Source of the DNA: Patescibacteria group bacterium
GTDB taxonomy: Bacteria; Patescibacteriota; Minisyncoccia; Minisyncoccales; UBA10102
Assembly: GCA_018816925.1 (NCBI GenBank)
Contig: JAHIUP010000043.1
Coordinates: 1-26,875, forward strand
Direction: 5' to 3'
DNA: 26,875 nt
Positions within the stretch are counted from its first letter, which is position 1, and every line of letters begins with the position of its first letter. A model generated the notes under the pieces. The model saw nothing but the letters and a program-made list of their open reading frames with translations. It did not search any database and had not been told where the DNA came from. The translations under genes were made by a program, and so were the position numbers. Positions 1 through 7,671 of the stretch are shown here, piece after piece.

Positions 1-2
1 AG

Positions 3-1358
3 AAGCCGGAGGATCTTGCAGCCATATTAATCAACACTTACGGCATGACGCAAGCGAATCTTGATGCCGTATGCGACCGCACCCTTCCTTCCGCTGAAAA
101 AGCCGGGGTGTGGCTGGATGAAGGATTGACTGCTTTCTCAAATCCAATTGAAGCCCCTGACATTGATATAACCGGAATGAGTCTGGTTCCATTTGGAGAA
201 ACCGCACTCCCAAAACTTCCGACAGTACTATCAAAAGATGTGCGTCCTATTTTGATTCCTGCAAAAGCGAGAGAAACTATCACGGTAAAAGAATTATGGT
301 ATTGCCGTGGGGGGAACATCGTTTGGAAGGATTCGCAAGGTGTAGTATTGGAAACGATAGATACTAGAGACGGTTCTTGCGTAAGAGATGTGCAATTTAA
401 TGCTCCAAAAGACGATACGTATCAATTATCCTGCAGTGATCAATGCAACATGGATGTAGTGTCACACGGCGCTTCCTACCTGGTTAAGCCGGGAATGAAT
501 AAAAGATTGCTTGGCGCAGGCAGCATGTACTTCTATGTTCCGGAGGGCAGTGCAGGTCTTATTATAGGAGCTAAGCCATATGCAGACACCTATATAACAA
601 CAGTTAAGCTTTACGACGACACGGACTCCTTACAGCTTAATAAATCGTGTACCGGGGGAGGAGCATGCGAATGGGGAATGACAAATCCCTCTCCCGGAGT
701 CTGGAGAGTTGATTATGGAGGAACGTATGGCGGTGAGGGGACATATCTTTGGCTCCGCGGCGTGCCTCCATTAATGTGGCACGATCCCCAGTATCTCCTT
801 ATTCCATCTTCTTCTCCCCCTCCTTCCCTCCCTATTTCTTCTGGGGGCGGCTTTTCCCTTTTCTCTTTACCCAGACACTACCTCTTCCAAGACGAAGACA
901 ACACCTTGGAGGTGCAGGGAGCCAGCTTTGACACCGCAAAGACCTTTACCATTAAGTTTTTCCAAGCAGAAGTAGAGCAAAAGAGTATTTCAGTAATTCC
1001 TGCGGACTCCGCTACTCTCCGTACCACTCTCTCTGTTGCAGACCTCTCCTCTTTGTCTCCGGGCCTTTACGACATGGCAGTGGAGAGTACTTTAGACAGC
1101 ACTACTAAGACCTATTCCACCAAGATAGCCATAACCAAGAGAGGAGACCTCTGGAGCCAAGGAGCCACTGACTCTTCTTTGCAAAAGAGAGACGGCAAGG
1201 TAGATATCTACGACGTCTCAAGAATGCTCTCCAAGTGGGGAAGCACCCAAGCAACAGATCTCCAGGAGGCAGACATTAACGCAGGCCCCAACAACGTCTC
1301 TGCCAACAAGATAGACCTGTATGACGCCAACAAGATGATGGCGAATTGGACCGGGTAG
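3..1358 (+). CDS. Extracellular protein with Ig-like domain and C-terminal dockerin-like module; 5'-truncated by the window edge
   Basis: The frame is open from base 3 (KPEDLAAILINTYG-M), so the 437-aa ORF is a partial. It has a P/S/G linker (PSSSPPPSLPISSGGG), a beta-rich domain, then a duplicated EF-hand-like pair DGKVDIYDVSRMLSKW and ADIN...NKIDLYDANKMMANW at 1140-1355. Confidence 0.7.
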   Translation, partial: KPEDLAAILINTYGMTQANLDAVCDRTLPSAEKAGVWLDEGLTAFSNPIEAPDIDITGMSLVPFGETALPKLPTVLSKDVRPILIPAKARETITVKELWYCRGGNIVWKDSQGVVLETIDTRDGSCVRDVQFNAPKDDTYQLSCSDQCNMDVVSHGASYLVKPGMNKRLLGAGSMYFYVPEGSAGLIIGAKPYADTYITTVKLYDDTDSLQLNKSCTGGGACEWGMTNPSPGVWRVDYGGTYGGEGTYLWLRGVPPLMWHDPQYLLIPSSSPPPSLPISSGGGFSLFSLPRHYLFQDEDNTLEVQGASFDTAKTFTIKFFQAEVEQKSISVIPADSATLRTTLSVADLSSLSPGLYDMAVESTLDSTTKTYSTKIAITKRGDLWSQGATDSSLQKRDGKVDIYDVSRMLSKWGSTQATDLQEADINAGPNNVSANKIDLYDANKMMANWTG

Positions 1359-1370
1359 CGTGCCACAGCG

Positions 1371-1376
1371 TATAAT
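1371..1376 (+). promoter_or_regulatory. -10 box TATAAT 8 nt before the ATG at 1385
   Basis: Exact TATAAT; no Shine-Dalgarno motif between it and the ATG. Confidence 0.55.
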
Positions 1377-1384
1377 ATATACAT

Positions 1385-1981
1385 ATGAAATTCCTCTCTT
1401 TTCTTCTCCTTATAGTCGTAGGATTTTTCTTCTTCCTGGGAGCTAAAGCTCAAGAGCCGACTACTCGCCTGTACCTTGTTCCCGCAGAGACCACGATGGA
1501 TGTAGATGAGGAGCAAGTGGTTAAAGTAATACTTGAGACAGAGGAGTCAATCACTTCTTTAAAGGCATACCTTACCTTTGACCCTTCGGTGCTTGCGGTG
1601 GCAAGCATTGAGGCAGTAAAGGAAACATTTTCTTATTGGTGGGAGAGTGAGGATGGAGGAGGGATGGTGAAGCTCCAGGCCTCCGAGCCCTCTCCCGGAG
1701 TGAGCGGAACCACAGAGATTGCACGATTCACCATGAAGGGTATCAGAGAAGGCGCGTCTTCTCTTTCTTTCCACGATTCTTCCCTTGCTCTTTCCAAGAC
1801 AGATGAAAACCTGCTGGATGTGGAGCAGCTGTTTCTTGGATCTGTAACGATAGAAAGAGGACAGACACCAGGAATCTCTATTCTTCCAAGTGCCATTGTC
1901 GTGTTCTCCCTACTCACCCTCGTCTTTTTTGGTGCCTTTATTCTGTTCAAAGCGCGGTTTGCGAAAAAAGAAGGAATATAG
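1385..1981 (+). CDS. Cohesin-domain protein with signal peptide and C-terminal transmembrane anchor
   Basis: Signal peptide ending AKA-QE; cohesin-like pattern (LYLVP...VKVILET...ITSLKAYLTFDPSVL...GEIARFTMK...LSFHDSSL); hydrophobic helix followed by basic tail KARFAKK. Confidence 0.75.
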   Translation: MKFLSFLLLIVVGFFFFLGAKAQEPTTRLYLVPAETTMDVDEEQVVKVILETEESITSLKAYLTFDPSVLAVASIEAVKETFSYWWESEDGGGMVKLQASEPSPGVSGTTEIARFTMKGIREGASSLSFHDSSLALSKTDENLLDVEQLFLGSVTIERGQTPGISILPSAIVVFSLLTLVFFGAFILFKARFAKKEGI

Positions 1982-1996
1982 TAAGGTGGGAGCATC

Positions 1997-3394
1997 GTGA
2001 AGCAAGGCGCTTTTCTCTACTGGTTTGGAATTGGAGCGGTGCTCCTTGGAATAGGGAGTGTGTTTTTTGTCGTCCAGCAAGGATACGGGGGACCTTTCTG
2101 GAGAGAATATCTTAGGCCTGTTCTTTTTCTCTCACAAGTAATTCCTGGGCCTAACGAGGCCGTACTTTACTCTTACCCTTCAAGCGGGAGTTTTCAGACA
2201 GGGCAGAATGTTGCGGTGGAGCTGCGCATGTCAGCTTCCACGAACGTCACCTCCCTCAAGGCCTATCTTACATTTGACCCCGCGGTGCTTCAGGGCTCTT
2301 CTATTAATCACTCTACCTCTGTCTTTACCACTTGGTGGGAGGAGACCTTTGATAACGCAACCGGCGTGGTGAAGCTCCAGGCCTCCGAGCCCTCTCCTGG
2401 AGTGAGCGGAAACAATCATCTTGTGGCGGTTATCAATTTTCAGGCGACCGGAGATGGCACAAGCCAGGTTGCTTACGACCTTAGTTCTCTTGCGCTTAAT
2501 TCAGCAGACCAGGATGTTTTGAATATTATGAGTTCAGAAGGCGGGAGTTTTCTAGTGGACGGAACCGCACCCTTTCGTTCCAACGCCTCTCCCACCGGAG
2601 AGCTTTCTTTGGGTACTACTTCCGCCACTCTTTCTCTTACTACCAATGAAGCGGCAACCTGTAGGTATGACACGAGCTCGGGAACGGCGTATGCCTCCAT
2701 GGCGACTACGTTCATTACTACCGGGAGTACCGCTCATTCCAGCGGAGTGACAGGGCTCGCGAATGGGAACACGTATTCTTACTATATGAAATGCCAGGAC
2801 ACTATAGGCAACGCGAATGCCACGGATCTTCTTGTAGAGTTTTCTGTTGCTTCTGCTCCCGGAAGCGAGGACACCTCACCGCCGGTCCGCTCAAATGCCT
2901 CTCCGGAAGGAATCTTGATCGCGGGTACGGATTCTGTAACTCTTTCCCTCACCACCGATGAGGCGGCAACCTGCAAATACGATACAGAGACCTCTACTCT
3001 CTACGACGCCATGGGCGCCGTCTTCTCTACTACGGGCGGTACTTCGCATTCCAGTCAGGCGGCTGGGCTTGCGAGCGGTACTTCCTACGCGTACGCGGTC
3101 CGGTGCGCAGACGCTTCGGGCAACAAAAATACCACTGATCTCTTAATTGAGTTTAGTGTTGCTTCTGCGGATGGCGGAGGCGGTGGTGGAGGAGGAGGTG
3201 GTGGAGGAGGCGGCGGCACCCCACTCCCTACCTACGCAAAAGGCGACTTGAATAAAGATGGAAAGGTGAACATTTTTGATTTAAGTATTCTTCTTTCCAA
3301 CTGGGGGAAGAATGTGTCCGCGTACGAATTGGGCGGAGACACTACCATTAATATATTTGACTTGAGCGTAATGCTTTCTAACTGGACTGGGTAG
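1997..3394 (+). CDS. Adaptor-like surface protein: N-terminal TM/signal, cohesin, two ~100-aa Ig/FN3-like repeats, Gly15 linker, dockerin
   Basis: Cohesin paralog of 1385..1981 (TSLKAYLTFDP and VKLQASEPSPGVSG shared); two repeats RSNASP...LSLTT.EAATC.YD...C.D..GN.N.TDLL.EFSVASA; dockerin KGDLNKDGKVNIFDLSILLSNW...DTTINIFDLSVMLSNWTG at 3239-3391. Confidence 0.8.
   Translation: MKQGAFLYWFGIGAVLLGIGSVFFVVQQGYGGPFWREYLRPVLFLSQVIPGPNEAVLYSYPSSGSFQTGQNVAVELRMSASTNVTSLKAYLTFDPAVLQGSSINHSTSVFTTWWEETFDNATGVVKLQASEPSPGVSGNNHLVAVINFQATGDGTSQVAYDLSSLALNSADQDVLNIMSSEGGSFLVDGTAPFRSNASPTGELSLGTTSATLSLTTNEAATCRYDTSSGTAYASMATTFITTGSTAHSSGVTGLANGNTYSYYMKCQDTIGNANATDLLVEFSVASAPGSEDTSPPVRSNASPEGILIAGTDSVTLSLTTDEAATCKYDTETSTLYDAMGAVFSTTGGTSHSSQAAGLASGTSYAYAVRCADASGNKNTTDLLIEFSVASADGGGGGGGGGGGGGGGTPLPTYAKGDLNKDGKVNIFDLSILLSNWGKNVSAYELGGDTTINIFDLSVMLSNWTG
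3173..3217 (+). repeat. Poly-glycine (15 Gly) linker
   Basis: 15 consecutive GGN codons with mixed GGC/GGA/GGT usage, just before the dockerin. Confidence 0.9.
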
Positions 3395-3453
3395 TGGGGG
3401 TTGTGCGCATTAGAAGGCCTTGGTATTATAAGTGAACATACATTTAGATTTCT

Positions 3454-4242
3454 ATGCGTATTTTCTCTTTTTGTTTTTCTTCCCTGATTTTATTAGCTGT
3501 TTTTTTGGGTGTTGAAGCGCGGGAAGCTTATGCCCAGGACGCGGTACTACGGCTCCTTCCTGCCATTGAGACCCATAATGTAGGGGAGGTAGTATCTGTG
3601 ACGATTCAAGTGGATACGGGGGGAAATGGCGTAAACGCGGTTGCCGCGTATTTTTCTTACCCCTCTTTGCTTCTGGAGGCCTTGGAAATAGATAAGAAGG
3701 ATTCCGTAATGACACTCTTCGCGGAAGAGAAGTTCTTGAATGGAGAGGTAAGGATTTCAGGCGGAAAGCCAACTCCTGGATTTTCCGGCACGCACACAAT
3801 TGCTTCCGTGAAGTTTCGTGCTAAGGCAGGGGGAACTGCTTCTTTGCAATTCCAGGAGAACTCTGCGGTAGTGCGGGATTCAGACAACCAAGATATTATT
3901 AATCTTAGTCAATCTCAAGGGGCAACCTATACGATTACGGTTCAGCCCGTACCGGAGCCGACTCCAGAACCTTTGCCACAACCGGAACCAGAATCCCAGC
4001 CAGAGCCCGAACCAGAATCCCAGCCAGAGCCCGAACCAGAGCCCGAATCTGGAGTCCAACCAGAACAAGAACTAGAACCCCAGCCGCAGTCCCAGACAGA
4101 ATCTGAAGCAGAGCAAGAACAGGAGTCCGAACGGGAAAACAACCTTCTCTTTCTTGGCTGGCTTGTTTTCAACGGGGCTTTGGCGCTGGTAGTGCTTAGC
4201 GGAATTATTTGGATTTTTGCGCTTCGTCAGAAGACCCCTTGA
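3454..4242 (+). CDS. Cohesin-domain protein with Pro/Glu/Gln-rich stalk and C-terminal transmembrane anchor
   Basis: Signal peptide (AYA-QD); cohesin-like domain ([28 protein letters not shown]...[18 protein letters not shown]); PEPE stalk; C-terminal hydrophobic helix then RQK. Confidence 0.8.
   Translation: MRIFSFCFSSLILLAVFLGVEAREAYAQDAVLRLLPAIETHNVGEVVSVTIQVDTGGNGVNAVAAYFSYPSLLLEALEIDKKDSVMTLFAEEKFLNGEVRISGGKPTPGFSGTHTIASVKFRAKAGGTASLQFQENSAVVRDSDNQDIINLSQSQGATYTITVQPVPEPTPEPLPQPEPESQPEPEPESQPEPEPEPESGVQPEQELEPQPQSQTESEAEQEQESERENNLLFLGWLVFNGALALVVLSGIIWIFALRQKTP
3985..4032 (+). repeat. Perfect 24-bp tandem duplication encoding EPESQPEP x2
   Basis: GAACCAGAATCCCAGCCAGAGCCC at 3985-4008 and 4009-4032, followed by degenerate partial copies. 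Confidence 0.9.
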
Positions 4243-4266
4243 CAGGATTTTCTACACGTATATAAT
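4239..4266 (+). promoter_or_regulatory. sigma70-type promoter for rpoBC
   Basis: TTGACA (4239-4244), 16-nt spacer, TATAAT (4261-4266); the -35 overlaps the upstream TGA stop. Confidence 0.75.
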
Positions 4267-4418
4267 GGGGAGGAGTTGGTTTTTTGTTTCCATATTTCAT
4301 CTTTCTAACCCGTCCACCTTTTGAGTCCCGGGTTTTTACATAAGCAGAGTGCCGTCTAGGGTTTCTCCCTTCGAGGGTTTCGAGAAGGGAACTTTTGTTT
4401 GCCGCCCCATCTTTCCTC

Positions 4419-7400
4419 ATGGCAACTTCCCTTCCCCTTAAACACTTTGGCAAGTCTGGCGTCCATCTGGACTTTCCCTACCTTCTTGCGGTCCAGCAGG
4501 ATACCTGGAATACTTTTTGGAAGCAGTACTTCAAGGAGCTTCTTGAGGAGCTTTCGCCTATACGTGATTATACGAAGAAGGAGTTTGAGCTATGGTTCAC
4601 GGATTTTAAACTCGGAGAGCCGAGCTATTCTTCTGATGTGGGAGCGAAAGAGAACGATGATTCTTTTGCGGCGCCCCTCCGCGTGCGTTGCCGGCTTCAT
4701 AATCTTAAGACCGGGGAGGTAAAAGAGCAGGAGATCTATCTTGCTGATTTTCCCCTCATGACCGAGCGCGGCACGTTTATCGTGAATGGGGTGGAGCGTG
4801 TCGCAATCTCCCAGCTCATCCGTTCTCCGGGTGCGTTTTTTACCGCCCAGAATGTGCGCCGAAAGCGCTTATTTGGAGCGAAGCTTATTCCCAACCGGGG
4901 TGCATGGCTTGAATTCGACACAGAATTCTCGGGAGTCCTCGTGGCACGCATCGACCGGAAGCGTAAGGCCCCTGTCTCCACTTTACTCCGGGCCTTTGGA
5001 TTAACCGAAGAGGATATCCGTAAGCAGTTGTGCGAGCAGGATACCGGGGAAATAAAGTGTGTTGAGGAGACCCTGCGAAAGGACACGGCAAAGACCCAGG
5101 AAGAGGCCCTCGTGGAAATCTACCAGCGTCTTCGGCCAGGGGATTACGTGACCCCGGAAAACGCAAAGGAGCTCATTTGGAACATGTTTTTCTCCTTTGA
5201 ACGTTATGACCTTTCCCGTGTGGGAAGGTGGAAGACCTGGCAGCGTCTGCCCGAACTCAAGCCAAAGACGGAGCGTGAGATTTCCCTGGAAGACCGCGTA
5301 CTCAAGACGGAGGACGTGATAGAAATTCTACGGGAGATTCTCCGGCTCAATAATACCCCGGGAGCCGAGCCCGACCAGATCGATCACCTTGGTAACCGGA
5401 GGGTGCGTTCGTTTGGAGAATTCCTCCAGAACCGTCTTCGAGTGGGTTTCATGCGCATGGAACGTATTGTGAAGGATCGCATGTCCACCCTGGACCCTGC
5501 GACCATTACCCCCGCACAGCTCGTGAATCCAAGACCGGTCATGGCAGTGATAAAGGAGTTCTACACATCCTCCCAGCTTACCCAGTTTATGGATAATGAG
5601 AACCCGTTAGCCGAACTTGAACATAAGCGCAGGGTGTCGGCCACGGGCCCCGGAGGGCTCACGAGGGAGCGCGCAGGGTTTGAGGTTCGGGATGTGCAAC
5701 CCTCCCACTATGGAAGGATTTGTCCCATTCAGACGCCCGAAGGTCCGAATATCGGACTGGTGGGGCACCTTGCCACGTATGCGAAGATAAACCCGTACGG
5801 ATTCGTGGAGACCCCCTACTTCAGAGTGAAGGACGGGAAGGTTACCGATGAGCTCGTTTCTTTTACCGCCTACGAGGAGGAGCAGTATGTAATCGCGCAT
5901 GCGGGTACGCCGCTTGATGAGCACAGACGCCTCATTCCCGAGAAGGTGGCGGTCCGTATGTATGGAGAGCCGGGGGTTGCTACTCGCAGTCAAGTGGAAT
6001 ACATTGATGTGTCTCCCGAGCAGGCAATCTCCGTTGCCACGGCCCTCATTCCTTTTCTGCGCCATGACGATGCGAACCGCGCCCTTATGGGTTCGAATAT
6101 GCAGCGCCAGGCGGTTCCTTTGATAAAGCCCCAGAGCCCGCTCGTGGGTACGGGACTGGAAGAGCAAGTGGCAAAGGATTCAGGGCTTACCGTGCTGGCC
6201 GCAGAAGACGGCGTAGTACAGGAGGCCGATGGCCAGCATGTGAGCGTTAAGGCACAGAACCCCAAGAGCAAGAACCCGAGCAGGAACTACGTCCTGAAGA
6301 CCTTTGTGCGCACGAACCAGTATACCTCTTTTCATCAGAGGCCCGTGGTTCATAAGGGCCAGAAGGTGAAGAAAGGAGAGGTATTGGCAGACGGCGGGGC
6401 GATTGACCAAGGCAGATTGGCTCTCGGAACAAACCTGCTTGTTGCATTCCTTCCCTGGAGGGGAGGGAACTATGAGGATGCCATCGTGTTGTCGGAGCGT
6501 CTCGTGAAAGAAGACGCGTACACTTCCATTCACATTGAGGATTTCAGTTGCGATGTGCGGGAGACCAAACTGGGTCCTGAAGTGACGACAGCAGACATTC
6601 CTAACGTGGGAGAAGAGAAGCTTAAGGACCTCGACGAGGAGGGAATCGTGCGCATTGGCGCCGAGGTGGGGCCCAACGACATTCTCGTGGGTAAGATTTC
6701 CCCTAAGGGAGAAGCGGAGCTCACTTCCGAGGAGCGCCTCCTGCGAGCAATTTTCGGTGAAAAAGCAAGGGACGTGAAGGATACCTCTCTCTTGATGCCC
6801 CACGGCAAGCGCGGACGCGTGGTGTCGGTGCGTGTGTTCTTAAGGAGCGAGGGCCATAGGCTGGAGCCCGGGATTATCAAGCGTATTCATGTGGAGGTGG
6901 CGGAGATTCGCAAGATTCAGCCGGGCGATAAATTGGCAGGGCGCCACGGGAATAAGGGAGTGGTATCTTTGGTGCTCCCCGAGGAGGAAATGCCTTTCAT
7001 GGAAGATGGTACTCCCGTGGATGTGGTGCTGAATCCTTTGGGGGTGGCTTCCCGTATGAATATTGGACAGATTCTGGAAACGCATCTGGGCTGGGCCGCA
7101 AAGAAGCTTGGGTATATGGCGGTCTCTCCTGGATTGGCAGGGGCCACGGAAGAGGAGATACGGACGGAACTCGTGAAGGCGGGTCTTCCTTCGGACGGCA
7201 AGGTCCAGCTGTTCGACGGAAAAGATGGAGAGCCCTTCCCCCAGAATGTGACGGTAGGGTACATCTATATGATGAAGCTCATCCATATGGTGGCGGACAA
7301 AATCCATATGCGCTCCATAGGCCCCTACTCCTTAATTACCCAGCAGCCCCTTGGAGGGAAAGCGCAATTTGGAGGCCAGAGGTTTGGAGAAATGGAGGTA

Positions 7401-7670
7401 TGGGCGTTGGAGGGGTATGGAGCCGCGCATACGCTTCAGGAGATGCTTACGATAAAATCCGATGACGTGCCGGGAAGGGCAAGCGCGTATGAGTCAATTC
7501 TTCGCGGTCAGCCCATTCAGACCCCTAACCTTCCCGCCTCCTTCAACCTTTTGCTCAATGAGCTTCGTTCCCTGGCGCTCAACGTGGAGGTAAAGGGAAA
7601 GGTAGAAGGGGAAATTCGCAAGGCCGGCAGTGAGCTTTTAAAGAAAGAGGAACGAGAACAATCTTCCTAA
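4419..7670 (+). CDS. rpoB: DNA-directed RNA polymerase subunit beta
   Basis: Motifs FIVNGVERV, SSQLTQFMD..NPLAELEHKRR, GDKLAGRHGNKG, GGQRFGEME. ATG 4419 is preferred over the TTG at 4395. Confidence 0.99.
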   Translation: MATSLPLKHFGKSGVHLDFPYLLAVQQDTWNTFWKQYFKELLEELSPIRDYTKKEFELWFTDFKLGEPSYSSDVGAKENDDSFAAPLRVRCRLHNLKTGEVKEQEIYLADFPLMTERGTFIVNGVERVAISQLIRSPGAFFTAQNVRRKRLFGAKLIPNRGAWLEFDTEFSGVLVARIDRKRKAPVSTLLRAFGLTEEDIRKQLCEQDTGEIKCVEETLRKDTAKTQEEALVEIYQRLRPGDYVTPENAKELIWNMFFSFERYDLSRVGRWKTWQRLPELKPKTEREISLEDRVLKTEDVIEILREILRLNNTPGAEPDQIDHLGNRRVRSFGEFLQNRLRVGFMRMERIVKDRMSTLDPATITPAQLVNPRPVMAVIKEFYTSSQLTQFMDNENPLAELEHKRRVSATGPGGLTRERAGFEVRDVQPSHYGRICPIQTPEGPNIGLVGHLATYAKINPYGFVETPYFRVKDGKVTDELVSFTAYEEEQYVIAHAGTPLDEHRRLIPEKVAVRMYGEPGVATRSQVEYIDVSPEQAISVATALIPFLRHDDANRALMGSNMQRQAVPLIKPQSPLVGTGLEEQVAKDSGLTVLAAEDGVVQEADGQHVSVKAQNPKSKNPSRNYVLKTFVRTNQYTSFHQRPVVHKGQKVKKGEVLADGGAIDQGRLALGTNLLVAFLPWRGGNYEDAIVLSERLVKEDAYTSIHIEDFSCDVRETKLGPEVTTADIPNVGEEKLKDLDEEGIVRIGAEVGPNDILVGKISPKGEAELTSEERLLRAIFGEKARDVKDTSLLMPHGKRGRVVSVRVFLRSEGHRLEPGIIKRIHVEVAEIRKIQPGDKLAGRHGNKGVVSLVLPEEEMPFMEDGTPVDVVLNPLGVASRMNIGQILETHLGWAAKKLGYMAVSPGLAGATEEEIRTELVKAGLPSDGKVQLFDGKDGEPFPQNVTVGYIYMMKLIHMVADKIHMRSIGPYSLITQQPLGGKAQFGGQRFGEMEVWALEGYGAAHTLQEMLTIKSDDVPGRASAYESILRGQPIQTPNLPASFNLLLNELRSLALNVEVKGKVEGEIRKAGSELLKKEEREQSS

Positions 7671-7671
7671 T

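Noticed and set aside
4265-4324. 19-aa leader peptide MGRSWFFVSIFHLSNPSTF in the rpoB UTR
   Set aside because: Its ATG overlaps the -10 hexamer, so it would not be in the transcript from that promoter.
5560-5660. Intrinsic rifampicin-resistance substitutions in RpoB
   Set aside because: The key cluster I residues (Q, D, H, R, S in SSQLTQFMD...HKRRVS) are the usual ones, and PLAEL matches the Bacillus-type wild-type sequence.
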